DNA of 64,000 bases from a virus. Lineage: Duplodnaviria > Caudoviricetes. This document shows, piece by piece, positions 36,212-47,049 of this stretch. Every line of letters begins with the position of its first letter. Position 1 is the stretch's first letter. The DNA lies in the IMG/VR virus record IMGVR_UViG_3300021399_000127, positions 33,691 to 97,690 of that record; one strand, 5' to 3'. Position numbers and translations under genes: made by a program. The notes under the pieces are model-generated. The model searched no databases and was not told the origin of the DNA. It saw only the letters and a list, made by a program, of their open reading frames with translations.

Positions 36212-36817
36212 TTAAAACGGCAGTATATTGTCGTTCTCACTACCAGATGTTGCCGGAGTACTATCTGCTGTTACAGAAGCAAGCGGATCGCTAGACTCAT
36301 CGTCTGCTTTAATCAGTCGCTCAAAAGAATCTCGAGCAAACTTCTTAATCTGTGTAGTTTCTACAGACATAGGTTCAACAAATATACCATTAGGTGATAC
36401 TGTTGTATAACCCTTCTTGTCATATACAACTTTCAGGCGAAGAGCCTTCTTTGTTGCAATCATTGGAGTAAGCTGTTCCTTAACCCAATTAATCATCTCA
36501 GAGAAAGAGTTAATCTCTTTATCCTCAATCTTATCGTAAAAACATGAGATGATTTGCATTATACGACCAAACTGAATATTGTCTCTCTTTTGAAGATCCT
36601 CATCAGTCTTAATCCACATATTCTTCTCATTCTTCCACTCTGACATAGATACGGTCTGTCCATTCTTGTTCTCGAATACGATCTCAAGAAAGTCCTTGTC
36701 TGTAGGAGACTTCTTAACATTAACCTCTTTAAGGTAGATGTCGTCATTAATACCAACTGGGATGTAGTTTGAAACAAACTCATCCACATTAATCTGCGCG
36801 TTTTTTGTACTGTACAT
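36212..36817 (-). CDS. Putative single-stranded DNA-binding protein (DUF669-like)
   Basis: Follows the AAA ATPase; beta-rich N-terminus and a flexible acidic tail ending ENDNILPF. Confidence 0.6.
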   Translation of the reverse strand: MYSTKNAQINVDEFVSNYIPVGINDDIYLKEVNVKKSPTDKDFLEIVFENKNGQTVSMSEWKNEKNMWIKTDEDLQKRDNIQFGRIMQIISCFYDKIEDKEINSFSEMINWVKEQLTPMIATKKALRLKVVYDKKGYTTVSPNGIFVEPMSVETTQIKKFARDSFERLIKADDESSDPLASVTADSTPATSGSENDNILPF

Positions 36818-36851
36818 ATTTTTATTTAGTTACTGTGTTAAACATCCGAAC

Positions 36852-37595
36852 TTACACGTTCTTATAAATCTTATCCCAATAAGTAGTCAAATTACCATCT
36901 TCGTCACCAGTAGTGATTACAATGTCTTGACCACGTAAATGAGGTGCTCTAGCTTCTTTTGGTGTTCCATCGCCACCTTTAAAGCTAATGTGGGTTTCGT
37001 TTCCTTTTCGATACAGAAATCCAACAGCATCTGCTTCGCCACATATTATGGAGCTCAGCTTACCAACTAAGTCGAGTGACATTTCTGACAACTCTTCTCC
37101 GTCTTTGTTAACCTGAGTATCCTTGACATGTCCTACTAATATGAATTCATCACATAAGTCTTTGAACATATCTATCACTTTACGTACGGCTTGTCTGATA
37201 TAGAAATATCCACCTCCATTAGGAAGTTCTCGTACATCAGAACCTTTCCAGTTTTTACCAACGGGAGATTGACGATAAAGTGTTGCTGCATAAGGCAGAC
37301 ATATTTCTTCGAGACGTGTAGCATTATCTATAGTTATGTGTCTATAGAATGCATGTCCTACTTCTGTATTCTTAGCTCTAATGGCTTGAGCAATTTCTCC
37401 TAAATCTGAAACACTACGTGCCTGAACAGCCATAGCATCTATGAATGTAGAACCACCCTCTAGATCTACTATAAGGTTGTTCTCTAGTTGTGCCAATGCC
37501 GACGTTTTGCCTGCTTTTGGACGTCCATAGATTATTAAAAACTTCGGATTAGTCGAAACTGCTGGAACTTTAGATGTAGGTAATATCAAACTCAT
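36852..37595 (-). CDS. AAA_24 / Sak4-like ATPase
   Basis: Walker A IIYGRPKAGKTS, DLEGGS, ITIDN, ILVGHVKD. Confidence 0.85.
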   Translation of the reverse strand: MSLILPTSKVPAVSTNPKFLIIYGRPKAGKTSALAQLENNLIVDLEGGSTFIDAMAVQARSVSDLGEIAQAIRAKNTEVGHAFYRHITIDNATRLEEICLPYAATLYRQSPVGKNWKGSDVRELPNGGGYFYIRQAVRKVIDMFKDLCDEFILVGHVKDTQVNKDGEELSEMSLDLVGKLSSIICGEADAVGFLYRKGNETHISFKGGDGTPKEARAPHLRGQDIVITTGDEDGNLTTYWDKIYKNV

Positions 37596-37597
37596 TT

Positions 37598-38065
37598 TTA
37601 TTTTGTTATGTTAATGTAGATGTCAATGATCTCCTTCTTACGAGAGTTAGAAAGTATATCATAGATACGCTTTGTACCCTCGTTGAGAGGAATTAGCTCA
37701 TAACCGATCTGTATCTCATCAGAGAACAGAGCGATAGGAGTACCATCCTCAAGTTTGAAATCAAAGATATCCTCATACTCATTCTTATTCTTCAGAAGCG
37801 TTGCAAGAGCCTTGCTGAATGTAGCAAAATCAGGCTTAGCAGGTGACTTCTTAGTACCAGGAAGTGTAATCTCAATATCGATAATCTTCTTTGTCTTCTT
37901 AGACGTTGCCTTAGGAGCCAAGATTATCTCATCGTCACTATCTGTATAAAGATACGGAGCAATCTTCTTTAGATTAGAAGATATAATAGAATTAATGCTC
38001 TTAGTGTAAATGTTGTTACTGGGATTCTTCTTAGTATTGTTAGTGATATCGAATGTATATGTCAT
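37598..38065 (-). CDS. Hypothetical protein
   Basis: 155-aa ORF within the operon. Confidence 0.75.
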   Translation of the reverse strand: MTYTFDITNNTKKNPSNNIYTKSINSIISSNLKKIAPYLYTDSDDEIILAPKATSKKTKKIIDIEITLPGTKKSPAKPDFATFSKALATLLKNKNEYEDIFDFKLEDGTPIALFSDEIQIGYELIPLNEGTKRIYDILSNSRKKEIIDIYINITK

Positions 38066-38082
38066 GTTTTCAGCCTTTCTTT

Positions 38083-39024
38083 TTATGATTCCATTTCAGT
38101 CTCTATCAGATTGTTATATGCAAGATCGTTTTCAAATTCAAGTATACAAGGTTTGCCAGCATCTCTATTCTTCAAGATGTGGATATACACCTTGTTCTGA
38201 GTAGGTAGACGATTTGGTCCGTATTCTTGTATGTTTAGCGTCTCTGGTCTGTGGACTACCAATACATAGTCACTTGCCTGAAATATGGAATCTGATGATG
38301 ATAAATCGCTTCGCATCGGGTAGTGTGCAGAAGCATTATTAATTCGTTCCGGAGATTCGATATTACGGTTCATCTGTGTAATTTGTACTATAGATGTCAA
38401 CGGCAATTTCTTCAATCTAATCCATACTTCTTGCAACTCACTTAAAGTCTCTAATGTAGAGCCTATTCGTTTTGTTAAAAGAGTATGATCGTATAAGATA
38501 ATAAAGTATTTGCCTGTTCCTTTCACATGTTCGTTGTAAAAGTCAACCGCTGTTTGTAATACCTGTTGAGGATTTCCTGGATCATCTACAAAGTAGATTG
38601 GATAATCTTTCAACTGATTGGAAACATCGACAATCTTCCCGAATGTTTCATCGTCGAGGTCCTGTAAAGAACTATACAACTCCGAAGTCGTTTTCCTGAG
38701 TTTGTTAGAAAACGTCCTTCCGACCTGCCTAAATCCAACCATCTCTAACGAGAAGTTAAGTATCACAACATCTTTGTCCGGATTTTTGTCAATAAGATCA
38801 GTCTGCAATTCGTTTACAAAGGACGATTTGCCACTTGCAGAAATGCCGGCTATAGTCATAACTATATTGGACTCAATACCTCCCATACACACCCTGTTTA
38901 ACTTCTTCCATCTAGTGTGCAATGAAGAAATCTTGTGTTCTTTTCTCGCCTTAATGTAGTCTACTGCTTCTTTTGTTACAGCAGACATAGGTCTATATGA
39001 GAGCTTATATGAGTTCTGTTCCAT
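38083..39024 (-). CDS. dnaB: DnaB-like replicative helicase (ATPase domain)
   Basis: IAGISASGKSS, FSLEM, ILYDH, QMNR, DLSSSDSIFQASD and ILKNR motifs. Confidence 0.9.
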   Translation of the reverse strand: MEQNSYKLSYRPMSAVTKEAVDYIKARKEHKISSLHTRWKKLNRVCMGGIESNIVMTIAGISASGKSSFVNELQTDLIDKNPDKDVVILNFSLEMVGFRQVGRTFSNKLRKTTSELYSSLQDLDDETFGKIVDVSNQLKDYPIYFVDDPGNPQQVLQTAVDFYNEHVKGTGKYFIILYDHTLLTKRIGSTLETLSELQEVWIRLKKLPLTSIVQITQMNRNIESPERINNASAHYPMRSDLSSSDSIFQASDYVLVVHRPETLNIQEYGPNRLPTQNKVYIHILKNRDAGKPCILEFENDLAYNNLIETEMES

Positions 39025-39574
39025 ATGCGTCTTGCGTCTTAGTTGTGCTGTCCTTCATCTCTTCTTCAGTTTCTTCCCATTGATGGTCTACTAACCATCT
39101 CCACATAGTCTTCATATAACCTATCTTGCCAGATCTAGTCTTTTTATCTATTTCAAAAGCAAGACAGTTGTTGATATGTTCTGCCGCAGCTGAACTTCTA
39201 CCAACGTATGTGTTATACAAATGTCTACATTTATTTACATTCGCTCTCAGATAGTTTTTAGTGCCATCTGGTCGCAGAACATAAACTGGGTACATGTCAT
39301 AGAACAAATCGAAATAGTCCTTTTCAGGCGTAATAAATTTACTCAACGTTTCGGTAGGTTCATAGACAATGGATCCACGTCTCTCTATCGACGTGATAAG
39401 TCCCTGTTGAATTAAGTATGATATTTCGTCGTCGCTAATAAGGCTGACTAACTTGCGGACGTCTTGATTATAAGTTTTTTGATTCTTATCCAATACCATA
39501 CTTAAGAAGACTAACTGATTCAAATTGATATTTGCTGATAAGTTCAGCAATTTTGTATCTAATTCTATAATCAT
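39005..39574 (-). CDS. Hypothetical replication protein
   Basis: Between PolB and helicase; FDLFYDMYP and a W-rich C-terminal motif resemble phage initiator / helicase-loader proteins. Confidence 0.6.
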   Translation of the reverse strand: MIIELDTKLLNLSANINLNQLVFLSMVLDKNQKTYNQDVRKLVSLISDDEISYLIQQGLITSIERRGSIVYEPTETLSKFITPEKDYFDLFYDMYPVYVLRPDGTKNYLRANVNKCRHLYNTYVGRSSAAAEHINNCLAFEIDKKTRSGKIGYMKTMWRWLVDHQWEETEEEMKDSTTKTQDAYGTELI

Positions 39575-39606
39575 ACTCTTATACTCAATGGTTAACAAGT
39601 AACGAA

Positions 39607-41502
39607 TTAGACTTGTGCAAACAATGTTAGCTGTCTACACTTTAGTTGCTCCGCTATTTTTGTAGCTTCTCTGATGTAATATGTATAATTGACGTGTCTG
39701 CATTTAATGTCTACATCGTCATACTTGTTTAACAAAGTAACTCCAGATTTTGTAAGTAGGTTTGTATATGACGTTTTACCGTTTTCAGTTTTTAACTTAT
39801 ACAAACAACATCCATTTGTAGATGCATAAAATCTGTTTATACGTTGTACTACTTTTCCGTTATATTCTACTTTGAATTTCTTATCCACACGCTGTCCCAT
39901 GACAAATTTACGTATGTCATCGCATTTTGTTATTGTGTCTTTAACAGGAACACCGTTTATAAGATAATTTATTACAGCTTCTGGTATAATGACTGGTGCA
40001 AGCCCTTTACCTAATTGAGTATCTGTAATAAACATACCTTTCTTTTCTATCAGATTTGGATTTCTGGACTGAGAATATCCTTCTTTGACACCAACATAGT
40101 CATTGACTGCGTACTGATAAAACGCTTCATAATGTTCGCCTTCGAAAGAGAGCTGTGTGAGTTGCTCAAGTTCAGCAACCGATTCTTGCAAATTGCTTTC
40201 AATTTCCTTTTTTGCAACAAACATAACACCGTCTGTGTTCACCTGCACAATCCTGCAGTTATACTGTAATAATATGTCAACCAACATCAATAATACCAAT
40301 TGACCATTGATACGTATTTTGAACACACTAAATGGATCATACATCCAACTAGTCTCCTCTTGCATTTTCCCTGTAACAGAATTAAGAGTCAATTTTAGAG
40401 CCAGATTCTTAAGCTTCTGTCCATTATGCTTCGCCTCAAGCCTCTCCTTATACAGTTGAGTGTAGACGTCGATTCCTGCTTTGCCTAAGTGCCTAGGAAA
40501 CCACCCATAGCGCACAATGAATGACGGATACATAGATGCTACATCAAGATGTCCGATGTATTCGTCTTCTTTAGGCACGAATGTTTCCGGTGTGTTTAGC
40601 GAATGGATTCCGCCAACTCCTACCGAAAACCGCGTATTTGAGAGGACAAACTCCTTCTCATAGCCTTTGCGTTCTCTTGAATAGACTACAGTGCTCTTCA
40701 TCTCTTCAAGAACTGATTGTAATATTGGATTTTTATACGATATGATAGGCAATATCACATCTTTAAGTGGTATGTAATCCATAGGTGAACGCATTTCTTT
40801 TAATTTCTTGTAGCTTATATGTAATTGCTCACATATCTTCTTAGACAAAATACGTTCTCCGAACTTCACGCTATCCATAGAATAAGCGTTAATTCCATAT
40901 TCTTCTTCAATCCACTTTCGTAGCTCGTAGTCGCCTTGTTTTACCAACTTCTCAAATAACTCATGTGTTGAATTTACATCATTGATGTTATATTCAACCA
41001 TTACTTCCACGTCATCTGCAGGTATAGGCTTACTAAAATCTCCCTCGTACTCTAACACATTTGGATAATGCATTGTTAATTGCATCTCTTTTAATCCCAC
41101 TCTTAGTTTACTTGAGTACATTAATGTGAGTATATCGATAGATTCAAAGAAGTTCATGTACATCCACTTTTTATACCTATCTCTATTTTCATCTCCTTGG
41201 ATTAGTAATTGAGATAGGTTGGATAAAGAAATACATCCTTGAGTATATGATAGGCTTTTAAACTTAGAACCATAGTCTATGATGTAATTTAGGATAACAT
41301 CATCATAATGATGATTGTTGTACCCAGCGAACAACAAAGATTTGTCTAAGAAATAGTCTATCAATTCTTCTATTTGGTTTTTCCTCATTGAGTATTCAAA
41401 CTTTTTTAGTTCGTTTGTCTCTGTGTTTTTACAGACACAATGAAAACAATTTGGAAAAACCTCTATGTCGAATATAACGACTTGTTTGTTGTGTATTAAC
41501 AT
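39607..41502 (-). CDS. Family B DNA polymerase
   Basis: Exonuclease FDIEV and GYNNHHYDD; polymerase DVASMYPS, KLTLNSVTGK and NTDG. Confidence 0.93.
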   Translation of the reverse strand: MLIHNKQVVIFDIEVFPNCFHCVCKNTETNELKKFEYSMRKNQIEELIDYFLDKSLLFAGYNNHHYDDVILNYIIDYGSKFKSLSYTQGCISLSNLSQLLIQGDENRDRYKKWMYMNFFESIDILTLMYSSKLRVGLKEMQLTMHYPNVLEYEGDFSKPIPADDVEVMVEYNINDVNSTHELFEKLVKQGDYELRKWIEEEYGINAYSMDSVKFGERILSKKICEQLHISYKKLKEMRSPMDYIPLKDVILPIISYKNPILQSVLEEMKSTVVYSRERKGYEKEFVLSNTRFSVGVGGIHSLNTPETFVPKEDEYIGHLDVASMYPSFIVRYGWFPRHLGKAGIDVYTQLYKERLEAKHNGQKLKNLALKLTLNSVTGKMQEETSWMYDPFSVFKIRINGQLVLLMLVDILLQYNCRIVQVNTDGVMFVAKKEIESNLQESVAELEQLTQLSFEGEHYEAFYQYAVNDYVGVKEGYSQSRNPNLIEKKGMFITDTQLGKGLAPVIIPEAVINYLINGVPVKDTITKCDDIRKFVMGQRVDKKFKVEYNGKVVQRINRFYASTNGCCLYKLKTENGKTSYTNLLTKSGVTLLNKYDDVDIKCRHVNYTYYIREATKIAEQLKCRQLTLFAQV

Positions 41503-41533
41503 TGACTCATGGTTCTAGTTAATTGTTTATTAT

Positions 41534-42493
41534 TTATGCTGCTAATCCGAATCGTAACATGTCGTCATAATATACTGATGCACGTACGTTTCCGTACATA
41601 TCTACAACTTTAAGACCTACATTATTAGACGAAAGTCTTGTTATTCTAGATATACGATTCTGAATAGTATTATTGCTATCTGAAATCCTCATACCAACAA
41701 GAGGATATCCGTATACATACGGATTTGCTTCTACGAAAGAATACACATCTCCTGTTGCACAATGTGTACTGTTTTGTAACACGTGCTTGTGTAGAACATA
41801 CAGAGATAACTCTTCTGGTTTGTATACATGTCCGTTACAATATTTATTGCTCAACATGTTTCTAAAGTTTTCTGTAGCTTTTGTCCTTCGTAATTCCCAT
41901 TCCTTTTGTAAAATGTCAGGAAACAAGAAAGACTTAAGCTCTTTCTCTGTTGGTTGAGGATTTTTACGCTCCCATTTCTGCAACTTATGCCGTTCGTATG
42001 CGTGACATTTTGCTGCTACGCCATGCGGGATTGTATTTTTTGGACGTGTTTTGTAGATAGGCTCGTTTGTCTTTACGTCCCATAACAAACGTCCTTTGCT
42101 ATCCTTTTTTTGAACTGGCTTACCATACAGATCTTTTATAACCTCTGTATTGATGGTTGCCAACTCTTTTTTGGACAATCTTGGTGGAAGTTTAAGTTTT
42201 CCAGACTCTTGTAGCTTCCTAAGGTTTTTAGCATAGTTTGGATTCGGCTTTGGAACATCATCCTTTATACCGAGAGAATGCTTTACAGATACGTAAGAAT
42301 TCAACTTATGCTTATAACCTTGTACTGAAACTTTTGGTGCTTTGAAGTCACGAATCAGCATATCCAACTGCTTTACTTTAAGAAGTTTAGCAAATTGACG
42401 TCCACGTTCGGTGTTCATCCACTTCTTCAATTCATCAAGTTCCTTATATTGTTTATTGAGGTCTTTAAGCCTCTCTGTTATTGTCTTCTCCAT
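41534..42493 (-). CDS. Hypothetical basic protein ending in GLAA
   Basis: 319-aa Lys-rich ORF. Confidence 0.75.
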   Translation of the reverse strand: MEKTITERLKDLNKQYKELDELKKWMNTERGRQFAKLLKVKQLDMLIRDFKAPKVSVQGYKHKLNSYVSVKHSLGIKDDVPKPNPNYAKNLRKLQESGKLKLPPRLSKKELATINTEVIKDLYGKPVQKKDSKGRLLWDVKTNEPIYKTRPKNTIPHGVAAKCHAYERHKLQKWERKNPQPTEKELKSFLFPDILQKEWELRRTKATENFRNMLSNKYCNGHVYKPEELSLYVLHKHVLQNSTHCATGDVYSFVEANPYVYGYPLVGMRISDSNNTIQNRISRITRLSSNNVGLKVVDMYGNVRASVYYDDMLRFGLAA

Positions 42494-42522
42494 ATTGATT
42501 ATGTTTTTAAATTAATAAAAAA

Positions 42523-42592
42523 TGGTAGTTATAGTCGGTCTCGATCCAACTCTCTTCTGTATATACAGAGAGCGCCCAAAGCATATATAACT
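42523..42592 (-). ncRNA. tRNA-like element with CCA end and no anticodon loop
   Basis: AGTTATA...GTTGG-ATCGAGA-CCGAC-TATAACT-A-CCA: perfect 7-bp acceptor and T-arm; central arm CTGTA-TA-TACAG. Confidence 0.65.
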
Positions 42593-42604
42593 TTTGTATT
42601 ATTG

Positions 42605-42805
42605 TTAATTACCGTAAAATACAGATGTATCTATCATCTCAAATCCTCCTGCACAGTATTTACAATTTTCTGTACATTGTTTACAACTTCTGCGAGTTTG
42701 TAGTTTACGTTCCGTAAGAGCCTTTTTTCTCAAGCGTTCGTCTACGCGTTTAGCTTGCCTACGTGAATATGTTTTTACATATCGTTCTCCATTATATATA
42801 AGCAT
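42605..42805 (-). CDS. Small Cys-rich hypothetical protein
   Basis: 66 aa with CKQC..NCKYC. Confidence 0.5.
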   Translation of the reverse strand: MLIYNGERYVKTYSRRQAKRVDERLRKKALTERKLQTRRSCKQCTENCKYCAGGFEMIDTSVFYGN

Positions 42806-42957
42806 TACGTATACTATTAGTAAGATCCTGCATCATTTTGCAACTAGATAAGTAATCGCATAAATTGTTTAACTTTATATTATTATGATGTTCTTCATAC
42901 TTTCTTGCGTATTTAAACCACGCTTTTTTATATCTTCTCGACCACTCCATAGTTAAA

Positions 42958-43512
42958 TTATAACATTAGATCTTTAATATCAGACATATCGTTATCTGTT
43001 ATAGAAATGGTAGCTGAATCATTGAACGATGCAAGCTTCTCGTCTATCTTATTGATCTCGAGCTGAAGTTTGTTTTTTATTGCTGTAATCTTAGCAGAAG
43101 TAAAGGTCTCTGTCTTACCAGTACCCTTCTTACCAGCCTTAGCTTTAGCTGCTGGATTTATAGTAGCCTTCTTGAGAATCTCTTCCCAGTGTGCAAGCTG
43201 TTCCTTAAGCTCACAAGCCTTGTATATGTTATAGTAATGAGTCTTCTTAGCTTCCTCGTAGTTAAACTCAGTAATGCCACTATTGATAGCGTTCAACATA
43301 AGTTTAATCTTAATAAGATTCTCAGACATCTGAAGTATCTTATTATGAAGTACTGCAAGATCCATACCAGAACCCATACCAGCCTTCTTAGCTTTAATGG
43401 ACATCACGTTCTCAGACTTAATGATACGCCAGTATCGAGTCTTAGTCTTACAAATGAGATCACGTGTATTAATAATATCCTTTGAAGTAAAAATGTTTGA
43501 TTTCTTGTTCAT
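42958..43512 (-). CDS. Hypothetical helical protein
   Basis: 184-aa ORF with AT-rich leader. Confidence 0.8.
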   Translation of the reverse strand: MNKKSNIFTSKDIINTRDLICKTKTRYWRIIKSENVMSIKAKKAGMGSGMDLAVLHNKILQMSENLIKIKLMLNAINSGITEFNYEEAKKTHYYNIYKACELKEQLAHWEEILKKATINPAAKAKAGKKGTGKTETFTSAKITAIKNKLQLEINKIDEKLASFNDSATISITDNDMSDIKDLML

Positions 43513-43567
43513 ATATTTTGATTTTAATTAGACTTCTAGTTATATGAATTTGAAATCGTCTACCTAG

Positions 43568-43621
43568 TCCCCCTATGTGGTCTCGAACCACGTGGTTCCG
43601 CCCGTTCGCTGCGGTAGGGGG
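43568..43621 (-). ncRNA. Short tRNA-like element (acceptor stem plus T-arm)
   Basis: CCCCCTA...GTGG-TTCGAGA-CCAC-A-TAGGGGG-A. Confidence 0.55.
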
Positions 43622-43756
43622 TTATAGAAAGAAGATGCGGGTTTCCCCACACCTTCTCTATATATAGAGTTTATTCCAACTTCTAATCACAAATGTAACA
43701 AAGCCTTTTGTTTCAGATGTAATTGAGTCGTTGTCAAGGCTTTTGTAATCTCCTGA

Positions 43757-44305
43757 TTACTCATCACCTATCCAAGCAACCCCTGTTGGTCCAATCTCAA
43801 CGCTAATTACGTTCTCATTAGAACCTGGAAGATGGAATTTGTGTACTTTCTTATTTACTCTGAGATTGACATCTGTAGTTTTGTTATACTCAGCTCCTGC
43901 TGAAAACGAAGAACAAGACCACGCTGTCTTAACTCCCAAATATCCGACTAGAAACAGTCGGTCAATTATGTCGTTAGAGCGTCCTTCACGGTTCAATGCG
44001 TCGGCAATATCCTCAAGCAATCCTTTGCCTATAATATGAGAATCTTTGTCTTTTTCTGCCTTAGCCGTCAAAACGCTTATGACTTTAAATGCGAACTCGG
44101 CAAGAGATATTCGTCTCTCAGCACCAATCAGTTGATTCCACCATGTAAAACGCGTCTTTCCTAAGACTATTTCACAACGGTCAGTATCTACTGATACCTT
44201 AGAATAAAGGTTGCTCTCAGAGCTGTCAATGAGTTCCTTCATTACAGCAGGCTCTAAGAACATGATATTAATGAGAAGCGCACTGTGTTCTGTTAGCTTC
44301 TGCAT
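43757..44305 (-). CDS. Hypothetical protein
   Basis: 182-aa ORF. Confidence 0.75.
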   Translation of the reverse strand: MQKLTEHSALLINIMFLEPAVMKELIDSSESNLYSKVSVDTDRCEIVLGKTRFTWWNQLIGAERRISLAEFAFKVISVLTAKAEKDKDSHIIGKGLLEDIADALNREGRSNDIIDRLFLVGYLGVKTAWSCSSFSAGAEYNKTTDVNLRVNKKVHKFHLPGSNENVISVEIGPTGVAWIGDE

Positions 44306-44323
44306 AAGTTAATCCTCCTGGAT

Positions 44324-44929
44324 TTACTCATCTACTTCAACATGAACACGAACCTCTTTCTTACCATCGAGCTGACGATAGTAGTTCTCAGAACTCTGAG
44401 TATTACGCTCCTCAGTTGTCTCGATCGCCTTGTCGATCTTCTGAAGCTCTTCAATGAGAGCGCTGACACGTGCACGCTCCTTAGCATTTTCAGCGTTCAG
44501 GAACTTGCTCAGTTTCTTGCCAGAAGAGAAGAAAATGTTGCTACCACCGTCCTTGTTGAGAGCCTTAGTGATGTTCTCAACATCCACTTCTGTGGTAATA
44601 TCGTGCTTGGTAATTGGACAACGAACCTCGATGTCCTCGTTAGCCTCGTCTACGAGACCTTCGTTAATAACGATCTCATAATCGTCATCGATGCCCTTAC
44701 GTAGGGCGAGAGATGTGATATCGATACCAAGAACCTTATAACGGTTAATGTTACGATTCAGGAACAAGTCCTTGTTGTGGTTTGCCTGCTCAAGACGAGA
44801 GGCAAAGTCAATTATGACTGGGGTCTTAACGGCCTTGAAAATGCGACGACCGTAGAGGTTACCAAACGCAGTGAGGTTTGGACGATTTTCCTCAACGATT
44901 TGTACGTTGATTTTAGTGTTATTATTCAT
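44324..44929 (-). CDS. Hypothetical protein
   Basis: 201-aa ORF with strongly biased codon usage. Confidence 0.8.
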   Translation of the reverse strand: MNNNTKINVQIVEENRPNLTAFGNLYGRRIFKAVKTPVIIDFASRLEQANHNKDLFLNRNINRYKVLGIDITSLALRKGIDDDYEIVINEGLVDEANEDIEVRCPITKHDITTEVDVENITKALNKDGGSNIFFSSGKKLSKFLNAENAKERARVSALIEELQKIDKAIETTEERNTQSSENYYRQLDGKKEVRVHVEVDE

Positions 44930-47049
44930 GTTTTCTTATCCTTTTTGATATCGTGGTTGATTCCACCAACGATAAGATTAATACTATGTAGGACTTTCAC
45001 CTACGTTAATTTAAAAAAGTTGTATTGCTGTACTAGTTTATTATATATCCAACGTGCTTTTTACCTAAGCACCGCTTTAAACTGTGCGTCATTCAGCTTT
45101 ATATTCCTTACGCCCCCAATTAGTGGTATATGAAGCTCAATCACTGAAGTCGGGAACCCAATGGTAGGGTTAGCTATGCCCATCGACACAGTCCGTGTTA
45201 CCGGAAAGCTATGAAAGGCAGATAGTAGTTCATCTACTAAACGTCATACAGCTATGTTTCAGTTATTTAATGAAATAATAAGATACAGCATTACTCGAGT
45301 TGTACATCGCCTGATGTACAAAGCGCTCTAAAGTTTCAAGAATCGTGGAGGGTTCACTAGTTGAGCTGTTGTCTTTTGCCAATATGTCTGATTTACAGTT
45401 TACTCTGGATATGCAGTTTTCTCTGGAGGTGATAGTTTATTACGCTGGCTATCACGCCTCGTTCCTGTTTTATTTAGAACAAATATATCTTCCAAAGGAT
45501 ATACTTAATCTTACGTGAGGAGTACGTTTCTTTATCGAACTATCTAAGAGTTGCTGTGCTCTTTCAGGTACTTGATTTAAAATTCTTTCTCAGCGATACT
45601 ACGGCCTGTTTTCTTCTCTTGGCAGGTGCTGCCTCATTTGTTTATAGTGCGCGAATATTCCGATTTCAACGGATACCATTATAGCCCTCGGTACGTTGTT
45701 ACACCCGATTCTTGTGCTCGTCATCCCATCTGTCGATTTTTCAGACACCAATGGGAATCGGCTCTGATATTCTCTATAGAGACAGTATAGACAATACGCT
45801 AGGTATTAGGTTCTGACTTTCGTGTTACATATGTACTTGCACATACATATTTTACCACCTGTCTACCCAATAACGGTTGGCACTCAGCTTCCTCACCTCA
45901 GTACTCCCTACTTACAACGTAGGCTTTTCCCTATGAGGGGACACTAATTTTTGTTAAACATGTTAATGACTTATTTTATAAGTAGTTTTATTCTACTCCG
46001 ATGCAATCGTATTCCTATCTACTGGACTTATACTGTTCACAACTTCTTTTTATTTCCATACAGGATAGATGTGTGTTCAATATGTTGTAGTAGGTCCAAA
46101 CATGCTTTACGGCATTAGTGGATCTCTTTTACCACTGGAATGTGGCATGTCGAATCATCCTAATGTGCGTCTTTTTCCTCTAGACACAGAAGAGTTGTAT
46201 GACTTAGTAGACATACTTATTCCCATTTTCCCTAATAAATCAAGTCACAATGTGTTTATTAGTTCTATCATCAGTCTTATGTACGCGGACTCGTGTCGCT
46301 CTGTCTTGCATTGACAGCCAATCATTCAACTTTTATATACCGCATGAACGACGAAGGCCTGGCGGTTTTGATTCCTCTGTGGATAGGCACTGGATTTGCA
46401 CCAGAATGGACTTACATAGGCAGCATATTTACCATACACTACAAGGTAGACTCCTTGCTCAATTAGCCGTTTTACCCTCTTATTCCCATACCTAAGATTC
46501 ATCTAATTTCTCCTTTCATAATACAGATTGGACTCTGTATGAACACTAGAGGTGACATTTGTTAATTCCACATCACAACAGGTCTGGAGTCTGTTGTGGG
46601 TTGCTCGTGTTTGGTTACCAATTATCGTCTGTGGAAAACGATAAAGATTGTCGATACCTGTAACAGTTTTGCTTTTCTTAAGTCTTATGTGTCTTCCGCC
46701 ATATAATCGCCAGTACGGTTCTCATTATACTTTGAGGGGTTGTTACAGACACTCACCCCTATACAAGGTGGTTTTTCACGCCACTCGTGTCTTCCATCTT
46801 ACCTTTTGAGCTCTATTTTCAAGCTTTATCGCCATCTAGAGATGGTTTACATATTCTCAGATCAAGTATACAATCTAATGCCTACCATACATGTCTTCAA
46901 ACGATAACATAGTGACATGGAGGAGAATCGAACTCCTCGACATTAGTCGACACAGGTTAATGAGACCTGCTATAAGTCTAACACTGGGTTTCTTCCAGTA
47001 GCTCCTCTATGCCGATAATACGACACAGAGGAGCACCAGCTGGGATATA

